From a virus, in the UHGV virus genome UHGV-0060448: DNA of 38,897 bases; one strand, written 5' to 3'. The position numbers and the translations under genes are program-made. Shown one piece after another: positions 7,002-15,632 of this stretch (within the stretch, counting starts at the first letter, position 1; each line of letters starts with the position of its first letter). Below the pieces are notes generated by a model, which saw only the letters and a program-made list of their open reading frames with translations, did not search any database and was not told the origin of the DNA.

Positions 7002-7721
7002 ATGTATACAAGAAAGACTTGGAAGAGTAAAAACGCGATCGAGATAGCAGAATACCATGACTGCAGGTACGGGGCACCGGGAAGAAGCAGGATGGAAAAA
7101 AGGAAAGCCACACCGGAAGAGATGGAGAAGCAGAACCAGAGAAACCGGGAGCGGAAAGCCAGACATAAGTTATGGGCAAACTTCAAGGAAGACGACTACT
7201 TTTCGACCTGGACGTTTAAGAAGGAAAGCAGACCGCAGGACATGGGAGAAGCAAAGCAGATCTTCAGCAAAGTGATCGGGATCATCCGGAGGGAATATAA
7301 GAAGCGTGGGCATAAGCTTTGCTGGATCCGCAACATAGAGGTAGGCACAAAAAATGCATGGCATATCCATATCGTGCTGAACCGGATACCGGACACGGAC
7401 CTGATCCTGAAAAAAGCATGGACATATGGCGGGATCCATAATGAACTGCTGTATACAAGCGGGGAGTTCACAAAGTTGGCGGTATATCTGTGCAAGACAC
7501 CGAAGACGGACAGGCGTCTGAAGGAGAACAGCTATTCAACGTCCAGGGGATTAGCCGGGATCGAGCCGAAAAGGCGGGTCATGAAGGGCAAGACCTGGAA
7601 AAAGGAGATCAGACCGCCGAAAGGCTGGTACATCGACAAGGAGAGCGTCCGCCAGGGAGAGAACAAACTGACCGGACAGCCATACCGGACTTATATCCTG
7701 TTCCGGATACAGAGGGAATAA
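7002..7721 (+). CDS. HUH-superfamily rolling-circle replication initiator-like endonuclease
   Basis: Motif I FSTWTF, motif II WHIHIVL (HUH) and motif III YLCK in Rep order. Confidence 0.8.
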   Translation: MYTRKTWKSKNAIEIAEYHDCRYGAPGRSRMEKRKATPEEMEKQNQRNRERKARHKLWANFKEDDYFSTWTFKKESRPQDMGEAKQIFSKVIGIIRREYKKRGHKLCWIRNIEVGTKNAWHIHIVLNRIPDTDLILKKAWTYGGIHNELLYTSGEFTKLAVYLCKTPKTDRRLKENSYSTSRGLAGIEPKRRVMKGKTWKKEIRPPKGWYIDKESVRQGENKLTGQPYRTYILFRIQRE

Positions 7722-7774
7722 AGACACGGTAACATGGAAAGAAACCACTAAAAACAATAGATAAAGACAAAATA

Positions 7775-7803
7775 TGTGGACAGTGTGCATAAAATGTGCA
7801 CAA
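7775..7803 (-). promoter_or_regulatory. Three co-oriented DnaA-box-like 9-mers
   Basis: TGTGGACAG, TGTGCATAA (exact TTATNCACA on minus) and TGTGCACAA in intergenic DNA after rep. Confidence 0.5.
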
Positions 7804-7859
7804 CTACAAGGAATAGGGCAGAAATACGATAAAAGGGAGTCCGCAGAAAGGAGAAATCA

Positions 7860-8240
7860 GTGGAAGAACATAGAGCAAAAGTAAAAGCATACATAAAAGT
7901 GACCAGCTGGCAGTATGCCTGGATGCTGGAATATAACGGGCACCGCCTGTACGGTGAAGGAGAAGGGAGCACGCACAGCGTAAACCGGAAGCTGACAGCG
8001 ATCGAAGCCCTGGCAGATATGCTGGGACACATGAACAGGGGAGCAGTGATCGACCTGGAGATCAATGAGATGAACGTTGCAAACTACATCAACAGTGGAT
8101 GGCTGGGCAAGTGGAAACAGAATGACTGGAAAACCGTGGGTGGTGTCGGGGTTAAATACGCGGAAACATGGAAAACGGTACGCTTTGAGCCACATGCACT
8201 CCGTGCGAAATACGTCCGCGGGCTGGAGATACCGGCATGA
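7860..8240 (+). CDS. RNase HI-like protein, apparently lacking catalytic aspartates
   Basis: 'WLGKWKQNDWKT...VKYAETWK' matches the RNase HI basic-protrusion pattern; the YTDG and TDS equivalents read YIKV and INE. Confidence 0.6.
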   Translation: MEEHRAKVKAYIKVTSWQYAWMLEYNGHRLYGEGEGSTHSVNRKLTAIEALADMLGHMNRGAVIDLEINEMNVANYINSGWLGKWKQNDWKTVGGVGVKYAETWKTVRFEPHALRAKYVRGLEIPA

Positions 8241-8602
8241 AGAATGAATGGGAAGGATTTATGCTGCCAAAGGGCAGTGGAAAAAGGAAAAGAAAACAGC
8301 ACGGGAAGAGCATCATGCAGGATGAAAAATACTGCTATCTGTGTGCCAAGCTGTATGAAGATTATGGGCGAAAGCCTGTGCAACAGCACCACATAGTCTT
8401 CGGGTGGGGAAACAGGCAGATATCAGAGGAACTGGGCTTGACCGTCTACCTGTGTGACCAGCACCATGAACACGGACCGGATGCCGTGCATGTGAACCAT
8501 GAGACGGCAAGGATTCTTCAGCAAGATGCACAGGAAGTATATGAACAGACACACACCAGAGAGGAGTGGATGGAGCGAATTGGGCGGAATTACAAACTAT
8601 AA
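8237..8602 (+). CDS. Zn-binding HNH/His-Me-finger-like protein
   Basis: CYLC...HHIVFG...LCDQHH...VH pattern. Confidence 0.65.
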   Translation: MKNEWEGFMLPKGSGKRKRKQHGKSIMQDEKYCYLCAKLYEDYGRKPVQQHHIVFGWGNRQISEELGLTVYLCDQHHEHGPDAVHVNHETARILQQDAQEVYEQTHTREEWMERIGRNYKL

Positions 8603-8648
8603 ACGGCAAAAGTGATGAAAGCATTGAAGAGAAAGGAAGGCAAACAGA

Positions 8649-9083
8649 ATGAACAAAGTAATCTTGATGGGAAGATTAACCAGAGACCCGGATATCCGAC
8701 ATTCTGCTGGCGAGAACAGTACAGCGGTTGCACGTTATACACTGGCAGTGGATCGCAGATACAAGCGTGATGGCGAGGCAGGTGCTGATTTTATCGGCTG
8801 TGTGGCGTTTGGCCGCAGTGCAGAGTTTGCAGAAAAGTATTTCCGCCAGGGCTTGAAGGTAGTGATAACCGGCCGCATCCAGACCGGGAGCTATACCAAC
8901 CGGGACGGCAACAAGGTTTATACGACAGATGTAGCCGTAGAGGAACAGGAATTTGCGGAAAGCAAAGCGGCAGCAGGACAGGGAGAAAACAGCAGATCCC
9001 AGCAGAAACCAGAGCCACAAGTGGATGCAAATGGATTTATGAACATCCCGGACGGTATTGACGAAGAACTGCCGTTCGCATAG
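8649..9083 (+). CDS. ssb: Single-stranded DNA-binding protein
   Basis: MNKVILMGRLTRDP N-terminus and acidic tail DEELPFA. Confidence 0.97.
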   Translation: MNKVILMGRLTRDPDIRHSAGENSTAVARYTLAVDRRYKRDGEAGADFIGCVAFGRSAEFAEKYFRQGLKVVITGRIQTGSYTNRDGNKVYTTDVAVEEQEFAESKAAAGQGENSRSQQKPEPQVDANGFMNIPDGIDEELPFA

Positions 9084-9125
9084 AAACTGATCTGAATTAC
9101 GGCAAGGAGAAAGGAAGAAGATATT

Positions 9126-9614
9126 ATGATGTTCACAAAATTTGGCGAAATGAACTCCTACAAGGAGATCAATGAACTGGCGGAAAACCTGTTCAACGAG
9201 GGCGATATCAAAAGCCTGAAAGAAATGGCTAAAGAGAACGGGATCCCGGAAGATATGACAGAAATGTACCTGCAGGGCGAGATCCCACAGCTCTGCGAGG
9301 CAATGGATGCGGCACTGGGCAAGATCGATGTCGAAGTCCGGGAACTGAAGCCGAAGGAGATCATGATGGACTGGGTAGAATACCTGAGAGGTCAGTGTAT
9401 GGAAAATGAGATGCTTGCATTTCAGGTGCGAAAAAAGGGCAAGAGCCTGGCGGGATGCATCGGGACACTGCTGAAATGGTCCTATACTAACCAGGTGTCT
9501 GTACATAAGGACGTAATGAAGGCGGCAGGCATCGGAGGAAGCTATAGACTGGGCATGTGCCCGGGGATGGCAACCGCCAAGAAGCTGATCACAGGGTACT
9601 ATATGGGAAAGTAG
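9126..9614 (+). CDS. Hypothetical protein; C-terminal half PcfK-like
   Basis: 'KKGKSLAGCI...AKKLITGYY' and position directly upstream of the PcfJ-like gene. Confidence 0.55.
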   Translation: MMFTKFGEMNSYKEINELAENLFNEGDIKSLKEMAKENGIPEDMTEMYLQGEIPQLCEAMDAALGKIDVEVRELKPKEIMMDWVEYLRGQCMENEMLAFQVRKKGKSLAGCIGTLLKWSYTNQVSVHKDVMKAAGIGGSYRLGMCPGMATAKKLITGYYMGK

Positions 9615-9623
9615 GAGGCAGGA

Positions 9624-11756
9624 ATGAAAAAGAAGGCAATCGAAAAGATCCCATATCTGGGGTTGAAGAAGATCAGCAGAAAGCAGGATGTGAAATATAT
9701 CGGGGTAACGGCGGTCAAGACCGTGGGGCACGAAAAGCATCTGTTCCTGGAAATGTATCGAAACGAAAAAGAATCAATGGATATTCCGGTCGTGCGGATC
9801 GCACTGACAAAGAAAGACTTTGGCACTTACTACCCTGACAAAGATACATGGACAAGAGAAAAAATCGGAAAGGACTATTATTACGGTTCAACACTGGTCT
9901 GGAATAAGGCAGGGGGAAGGACAGAGCGAAACAGCAGGGCAAAAGCCAATATCCTTGCCACCGAAGAAGACATGCAGCGTATTGAAAAATTCTGTGGAAA
10001 AAATGAATGGTATAAAAGCGAATGGTGGGAGCACATATACCGGTTTCAGAGTTCCATCGCAATAGAAGAACGAAGAAAAGCAGAAAACAGAAAGTATGAA
10101 AAACGGCAGCAGGCGTTGAAAGACCGCCAGGAGCACACACCGGAACTTCCGGAAGCGGAGATCCTGGAGATGGCAGACAGGTTCTATTTCCACCAGAAGC
10201 ATTATCTGTATTACAAGAAACACGGCTGCAAGGTACGGATCGCATGCACCAAATGCGGCGGTGTGACAGAAGCCAGATGGAAAGGCGGAATGAGTTACGA
10301 GAGCCAGTTCCAGAAATGGGTGGACCCGCCGAAAGAAGGTGTTCTTGCACCATGCCCGATGTGTGGGGAGACTGGTGAGTACAAATGCCAGGGCAAAGTA
10401 AAAGGTATGCATAGCCAAAAGATTTATGCATTCATTGGACAGAAATATAAAGAAACAGGCATGGTGTTCCGTTACATAGAGCTGATAAAAGAATGGAAAC
10501 TCGGGCTGGTAGAAGACGGGGAAGAAACGGTCATGTATAATGCCAGTGAAGAAATTTCCGGTATCGAAATAGCAAGGGCCTATTTTGCACCGGGAGAGAA
10601 AACACAGATTGATTACCATAAGTGTGACCGCATTGACGAAAAAAATTACTGGGATGACTGCAACCTGTACGGCAACGCCAACATCACGATCCATGCAGGG
10701 CGGATCCTGCCGCATACCTACCGTGAAATGCAGGGAACTATATTCCAGTACAGTGCCCTGCAGGAATATGAAAAAATGGTCCCGGAAGTCAACCCGGTCA
10801 GCTACCTGGAACGCTGCCTGGATATCCCACAGTTGGAAATGATTGTAAAAATGGGATTAAGCGAGATCGCGGCGTCCATGGTCCGGTGTGAGTGCGGCAT
10901 CATAGCAGACACAAATGCAAAACGGCTGGATAAATTCCTGGGGATCCGGAAAGAGCGGACACAGCAACTGATCGAAAGCAAAGGCAATCTTGAACTCCTG
11001 AAAGTTATGAAGATGGAAAAGAACCTGAAACAGAACTGGACCGAAAAACAGATAGAACATCTGGCGGTCACAAGACTGGGACAGGGACAGATCGAACCGG
11101 CATTGCAGCACATGAGTCTGCAAAAGCTTCTGAACCGGATAGAACGGTATGCCGAATGCAGATATGAAAGTGCCTGCCTGCGTGCACAGGAACGGATCAG
11201 ACACATGGCAGTAACCTACACGGATTATCTGAATATGCGGCTGTCACTTGGCTATGACCTGACTAATACCGTATATCAGCAACCGAGAAATCTGGAAGCA
11301 GCACACAACAAGATGAACATGGAACTGAACAAGGAAGAAATAGACAAACGCCTGCAGGAAGTAAAAAAGAGATTTGCAGGCATCAGGAGCAGATACCGGA
11401 AGCTCAGAAACCGGTATTTCTATGAGGATGATGAATATATCATCCGGCCGGCAAGGTCAGCGGAAGAGATCGTTATGGAAGGCAGGATCCTGCACCATTG
11501 CGTTGGCGGGGACAGCTATCTCGGAAAACACAATGACGGACAGACCTACATTCTGATGCTGCGGTTTGCAAAAGAACCGGAGATACCGTACATAACCGTA
11601 GAGATCGAGAGGGACACGCACCGGCTCATCCAGTGGTACGGGGCACATGACCGCAAACCAGATAAGGGGCACATGCAGAAGTGGCTGGATGATTATGTGG
11701 GGCATCTGAAACAGAAAGATGCAGAAGCAAAGCAGAGGGCACAGAGCGTGGCGTAA
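9624..11756 (+). CDS. PcfJ-domain protein with CxxC zinc-ribbon motifs
   Basis: 'DYLNM...LEAAH...EGRILHHCVGG..Y...ITVEI...QWYG' PcfJ signature; CTKC and CPMC. Confidence 0.85.
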   Translation: MKKKAIEKIPYLGLKKISRKQDVKYIGVTAVKTVGHEKHLFLEMYRNEKESMDIPVVRIALTKKDFGTYYPDKDTWTREKIGKDYYYGSTLVWNKAGGRTERNSRAKANILATEEDMQRIEKFCGKNEWYKSEWWEHIYRFQSSIAIEERRKAENRKYEKRQQALKDRQEHTPELPEAEILEMADRFYFHQKHYLYYKKHGCKVRIACTKCGGVTEARWKGGMSYESQFQKWVDPPKEGVLAPCPMCGETGEYKCQGKVKGMHSQKIYAFIGQKYKETGMVFRYIELIKEWKLGLVEDGEETVMYNASEEISGIEIARAYFAPGEKTQIDYHKCDRIDEKNYWDDCNLYGNANITIHAGRILPHTYREMQGTIFQYSALQEYEKMVPEVNPVSYLERCLDIPQLEMIVKMGLSEIAASMVRCECGIIADTNAKRLDKFLGIRKERTQQLIESKGNLELLKVMKMEKNLKQNWTEKQIEHLAVTRLGQGQIEPALQHMSLQKLLNRIERYAECRYESACLRAQERIRHMAVTYTDYLNMRLSLGYDLTNTVYQQPRNLEAAHNKMNMELNKEEIDKRLQEVKKRFAGIRSRYRKLRNRYFYEDDEYIIRPARSAEEIVMEGRILHHCVGGDSYLGKHNDGQTYILMLRFAKEPEIPYITVEIERDTHRLIQWYGAHDRKPDKGHMQKWLDDYVGHLKQKDAEAKQRAQSVA

Positions 11757-11765
11757 GGAGGGAAT

Positions 11766-13043
11766 ATGGAGTACACACAGATCACACTGAATGACTGGAT
11801 GGAGATGAAACAGAAGCTGAAACAGGAACTGCTTGGCGTGAAGCAGTCCTTTGTCCGGATCGGGTACGCACTTCGAAAGATCGATGATGCGAAACTGTAC
11901 GAACAGGACGGATACAAGAGCGTTGCGGAGTTCGCCAAAGCGGAATATGGCCTTGAAGGTTCCACGGTATCACGATTTATGAGCATCAACCGGGAATATT
12001 CCATAGACGGCTATTCCGAACGCCTGAAGCCGGAATATGCAGACTTTAACCGTTCCCAGCTGGAAGAGATGCTGAAGCTTCCAGAAGCAGACCGGGAGAT
12101 GATCACACCGGATACCGCAAGAAAAGAGATCCGCGATATCAAGAAATTCAACCATGCAGAACCGCAGGAAGGCATTGCAGACGATGTAACAGACCTGATC
12201 CGGCACTTCGGGGAAGATAACGAAGAAACATTGGGAAAGCTGTATCAGTGCGGTATTGCAGATAACCTGCATGAAAATATCAACCGGCTGATCGAGATCG
12301 TAAACCCGGGCGGCAGCAGGAGCTACCGTAAAGGGCTGTTCTTCCTGATGTTCCATGAAGACTGCCTGAAATATAAGAAATACGGACAAACACCGCAGAG
12401 AATGGAGTACCGTGAATTTTTTGAACGGATACTGGATGCTTTTGGTGATGAGCCGGAAGATCCAGAAGAAAAAATGGAAGAGGTGACAGAAGTTGAGCAT
12501 GAAAGAGAAGTGGAAGAACTGGCAGCAGAACCGCAGAGAGATAGCGGAACTGAGAGAGAAAATCCTGAGAGCAGGGAACATGAACCGAAGCGAACTGAAC
12601 AACCAGATCAGAAAGTCGAAGAACCGGAGAAAACAGTAATTTCGCCGGCGAAAAAATCCGAAGAAAAAGAAGAGGAAACCGTTCCGAAAATCGTGGAAGA
12701 TATGGCTGAAACTGAGGAAAGTGTTCCGGAAATCATGGAAGATGTGGTTGAAATCGAGGAAACTGTTCCGAAAATAAGCGAAAACGTAATTGAAACAGAA
12801 ATGAACGTTACCCATCAGATTAAGCTGGAAGCGAAATTTTTCGACGATGCGGCAGCAGGAAGAAAGAGTTTTGAGCTGAGAAAGAACGATCGCAATTATA
12901 AAGAAGGCGATGTATTAGAGATGGAAGAAGTACAAGATGGGGTGAAAACCGGGCGAAGGTGCAGTAAGCGTATTGTATACATGATGGAAAACTTTGAAGG
13001 ACTGGAAAACGGATATTGCATCCTGGGATGCGAATTGCTGTAA
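11766..13043 (+). CDS. Multidomain protein: helical N-terminal domain, acidic linker, C-terminal ASCH/DUF3850-like domain
   Basis: C-terminal 'HQIKL...FFD....GRKSFELRKNDRNYKEGDVL...GLENGYCILG'. Confidence 0.75.
   Translation: MEYTQITLNDWMEMKQKLKQELLGVKQSFVRIGYALRKIDDAKLYEQDGYKSVAEFAKAEYGLEGSTVSRFMSINREYSIDGYSERLKPEYADFNRSQLEEMLKLPEADREMITPDTARKEIRDIKKFNHAEPQEGIADDVTDLIRHFGEDNEETLGKLYQCGIADNLHENINRLIEIVNPGGSRSYRKGLFFLMFHEDCLKYKKYGQTPQRMEYREFFERILDAFGDEPEDPEEKMEEVTEVEHEREVEELAAEPQRDSGTERENPESREHEPKRTEQPDQKVEEPEKTVISPAKKSEEKEEETVPKIVEDMAETEESVPEIMEDVVEIEETVPKISENVIETEMNVTHQIKLEAKFFDDAAAGRKSFELRKNDRNYKEGDVLEMEEVQDGVKTGRRCSKRIVYMMENFEGLENGYCILGCELL
12672..12797 (+). repeat. Three tandem 42-bp (14-aa) repeats EE[TS]VP[KE]I.E....E. 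in the linker
   Basis: GAGGAAA..GTTCCG at 12672, 12714 and 12756. Confidence 0.85.
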
Positions 13044-13059
13044 AGGAGAGGATGATAGG

Positions 13060-13653
13060 ATGTTTATACATTTAAAAGATTTCAAAAGAATGCTCAAGCA
13101 AGCCTATACAGGCGTAGGGTTATGTGTGGCACGCAGAGGAGATGATCTGCTGTTCAGTGGTTCTGGCTGGGCGATTGCCACAGAAAAAGGGTCAATGGAT
13201 AAAAAGCAGCTGGCAGCAGTCATTGAACTGACTGGTGAACTTCCGGGAGACGGGGAAGCTCTCAAAGCAACAAAGGAAGAGAATCAGTATGAGATCGGCG
13301 AAGTTCACTGGGATATGATAGACAGAACAGAGAACCGAGAGGAAGAAGAAAAATTAACCGTGACGCAGGTTGTGTTAGAAAGATATCCATATGGCAAGGC
13401 TATGAGGGTATTGCAGGCAGCAGACGGACGAGTAGAGGTGCTGGATGACAGATTCGCAAAAGCGATTGATTCCATGTTGATGAACTTGGAATATGAGTAT
13501 GAAGTCCAGGGACCGTTCATCAACCGTAAATTTCCGAAACAGGTGTACTGGAAAAGCGAAGCAACGACACTGACTGCTCTGTTATATGATCAGGATGAGA
13601 TGAAAGAAAAAGATATCCTGGATTATCTTCGGGATACAAAAATTGAAGGGTGA
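13060..13653 (+). CDS. Hypothetical protein, 197 aa
   Basis: SD before ATG 13060; continuous with the operon. Confidence 0.75.
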   Translation: MFIHLKDFKRMLKQAYTGVGLCVARRGDDLLFSGSGWAIATEKGSMDKKQLAAVIELTGELPGDGEALKATKEENQYEIGEVHWDMIDRTENREEEEKLTVTQVVLERYPYGKAMRVLQAADGRVEVLDDRFAKAIDSMLMNLEYEYEVQGPFINRKFPKQVYWKSEATTLTALLYDQDEMKEKDILDYLRDTKIEG

Positions 13654-13663
13654 GTGGGAGAGA

Positions 13664-13852
13664 ATGAATGATAATAAAAACTGCAGCACATGCAGATATC
13701 ATAGCGAAAACGGAGTATGCAGATGCACAAGAAGTGAAGAATTCAGTGACGTAACAACGGAAACACATTGCTGTGATTGCTATCAGGAAAGAATGGAATA
13801 TGACTGGAGAATGTCAGTATTGGACAGGTTCATGAAAGGGGCGAGAAGATGA
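13664..13852 (+). CDS. Small Cys-rich protein
   Basis: CSTC...CRC...CCDC; SD GGGAG. Confidence 0.65.
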   Translation: MNDNKNCSTCRYHSENGVCRCTRSEEFSDVTTETHCCDCYQERMEYDWRMSVLDRFMKGARR

Positions 13853-13855
13853 AGA

Positions 13856-14107
13856 ATGAAAGCAGCAGAAAAAAATGTGAAACGGAAAGCACATTATGAT
13901 CATCTGGAGCAAAGTGTGGATGTCGAGGCGGCAAAGCGGTTCCATGAGCCAACATATATGCAACGGACACCACACTACGTAAAACAGGTGTATGACCAGC
14001 TGGAGCTGGCAGCAGGACTGAGCGGATTCGAGCTTATCGGTCTGAAGGACAGAAGAACAGGTAAGGAATACTGCAAAACCGATAATGAAGTGCATGAAAA
14101 GACATAA
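13856..14107 (+). CDS. Hypothetical protein, 83 aa
   Basis: Operon continuity. Confidence 0.65.
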   Translation: MKAAEKNVKRKAHYDHLEQSVDVEAAKRFHEPTYMQRTPHYVKQVYDQLELAAGLSGFELIGLKDRRTGKEYCKTDNEVHEKT

Positions 14108-14137
14108 TAGCACGGAAATGCATGAGGGGAGCGAACA

Positions 14138-14614
14138 ATGGAAATTATAACAAAATTGGAGCAATATTATGCAATGAAGCAAGAAGCGAAAGACCTCCGA
14201 CAGAGGATTGAGGCGGGGGAGCGTTATCTTGCAGAGATGGAAAAAGAGGGGTGTCAGGTATCGGATACGGTAACAGGAACGCGGAAAGACGGGACAATCG
14301 GAGTAATCTGTGTTACCGGATTTCCGATTCCGGAATATGAAAAGATCAAAACAATGACGAAAAAAAGAATAGCAAGGCTGAAAATACTGGAAGGGGAACT
14401 GATCGAAGCGATGAATCAGGTGGATGATTTTATCAATCAAATTCCAAAAAGCGAATTACGGATGATCTTTCGTCTGTATTATATTGACGATTATACATGG
14501 TTTCGAGTCGCTCACGTTATGAACAACCGGTTTCCAAAACGGAAAAACAAGTATACGGCAGACAGTTGCCGGATGTTACACAACCGGTATTTGGGAAAAA
14601 TTGAAAAAAATTAA
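14138..14614 (+). CDS. RinA/ArpU-like late transcriptional activator
   Basis: 'LEQY...RI...ELRMIFRLYYID..TW..VA..M....T.DSCR..H.RYL'; last gene of the early region. Confidence 0.75.
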   Translation: MEIITKLEQYYAMKQEAKDLRQRIEAGERYLAEMEKEGCQVSDTVTGTRKDGTIGVICVTGFPIPEYEKIKTMTKKRIARLKILEGELIEAMNQVDDFINQIPKSELRMIFRLYYIDDYTWFRVAHVMNNRFPKRKNKYTADSCRMLHNRYLGKIEKN

Positions 14615-14619
14615 AAAAT

Positions 14620-14655
14620 GTTCGCTCACGTTCGCTTAAAGTATGTTACAAATAA
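14620..14655 (+). promoter_or_regulatory. Probable late promoter with GTTCGCT direct repeats at 10-bp spacing
   Basis: GTTCGCT at 14620 and 14630 directly after the activator stop, followed by TGTTACAAAT. Confidence 0.45.
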
Positions 14656-14723
14656 AATGCAAAAACAGACAGAAACATACCTCTTGATGTTTGGAAAAAG
14701 CCGCCGATTCATTCGGCGACTGA

Positions 14724-14795
14724 CGGAATGTAGTTTAAGGGAAAAACATACGGCGTTACGCACCGTAGACTCTGGTTCGAATCCAGGCTTTCCGA
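14724..14795 (+). tRNA. Degenerate tRNA-like gene; anticodon arm centred on TAC (Val); no encoded CCA
   Basis: Acceptor CGGAATG/CTTTCCG, D arm GTTT/AAAC, anticodon stem TACGG/CCGTA with 9-nt loop, T arm TCTGG-TTCGAAT-CCAGG. Confidence 0.6.
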
Positions 14796-14848
14796 TCGGC
14801 AGCAGATGTTGCCGCTGCTGTGAATAATCAATAATTTCTTCCTTTCAG

Positions 14849-14880
14849 AAAAACGCACTTTAATGATAAGGTGCGTTTTT
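14849..14880. terminator. Bidirectional-looking intrinsic terminator
   Basis: AAAAACGCAC...GTGCGTTTTT inverted repeat. Confidence 0.75.
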
Positions 14881-14883
14881 ACT

Positions 14884-14936
14884 TACGTAAAAATACGTAA
14901 AAAGTACTTGCAATACGTAAAAATACGTGGTATAAT
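14884..14936 (+). promoter_or_regulatory. hicAB promoter TTGCAA-N17-TATAAT with two TACGTAAAAATACGT operators
   Basis: Operators at 14884-14899 and 14914-14929 (the second fills the spacer); extended -10. Confidence 0.85.
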
Positions 14937-14967
14937 ATAAACATGATAAGGAAAGGAGATAAATAAC

Positions 14968-15156
14968 ATGCCAATGAGTTCGAAGGAGATGATAAAACTT
15001 CTCCAGAAAAAAGGTTTCGTGATTGTCAGCCAAAACGGTTCACACGTTAAAATGGCCAACAGAGAAACCGGAAGAACGGTAATCGTTCCTTATCACTCCA
15101 AAGACCTGAAAAAGGGAATGGAGCAGGCAATACTGAAACAGGCAGGACTGAAATAG
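14968..15156 (+). CDS. hicA: HicA-family toxin (mRNA interferase)
   Basis: 'EMIKLLQKKGF....GSHVK.......VPYH.KDL.KG....ILKQAGL'. Confidence 0.95.
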   Translation: MPMSSKEMIKLLQKKGFVIVSQNGSHVKMANRETGRTVIVPYHSKDLKKGMEQAILKQAGLK

Positions 15157-15184
15157 TCCTGCCACCTGAAAAGGAGGATTGTGC

Positions 15185-15586
15185 ATGAACAGGTTATTTT
15201 ATCCAGCTGTTTTTCACACAGCAGAAGAAGGTGGGTTCTGGGTAACATTTCCGGATATACCGGAGTGCATGACACAGGGCGATAATATGCAGGAAGCTTA
15301 CGAAATGGCAGTTGATGCATTAGGATTGTCATTGACAAGTAGAGAAGCAGAAAGAGAAGAGATTCCGAAAGCATCTTCGCTTGATGAAGTAGATGCAGAG
15401 GACGGTACACTGGTTATTGTAGAGTTTGACATGGCGGAGTATCGCAGACGAAACAGCTCAAGGGCAGTCAAGAAGACACTCAGCATTCCGGAATGGCTGA
15501 ATGAGGCAGCAGTCCGTGAGGGTGTGAATTTTTCACAAATCTTGCAGGAAGCATTAATGTCAAAACTTGGAATTCAAAGACAATAG
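15185..15586 (+). CDS. hicB: HicB-family antitoxin
   Basis: 'YPAVF...GGFWVTFPDIPECMTQGD...' plus C-terminal RHH-like 'VKKTLSIPEWLNEAA...NFSQILQEAL'. Confidence 0.95.
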   Translation: MNRLFYPAVFHTAEEGGFWVTFPDIPECMTQGDNMQEAYEMAVDALGLSLTSREAEREEIPKASSLDEVDAEDGTLVIVEFDMAEYRRRNSSRAVKKTLSIPEWLNEAAVREGVNFSQILQEALMSKLGIQRQ

Positions 15587-15601
15587 AAAAGATACAAGAC
15601 G

Positions 15602-15632
15602 AAGGGGCATCCGTTTAGCGGGTGTCCTTTTT
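15602..15632 (+). terminator. Intrinsic terminator after hicB
   Basis: AAGGGGCATCCG/CGGGTGTCCTT stem with G-U pairs, followed by a T-run. Confidence 0.75.

Noticed and set aside
7002..7721. IS200/IS605 or IS91 transposase, or conjugative relaxase
   Set aside because: Motif order (HUH before Tyr) excludes a relaxase; no tnpB or IS ends seen, and the gene is embedded co-directionally among replication genes
8676..10715. Long minus-strand ORFs (354, 238 and 275 aa)
   Set aside because: Antisense shadows of ssb, the PcfK-like gene and the PcfJ gene, with no recognisable motifs
14618..14827. 69-aa ORF from the track
   Set aside because: No SD; overlaps the late promoter and the tRNA-like structure
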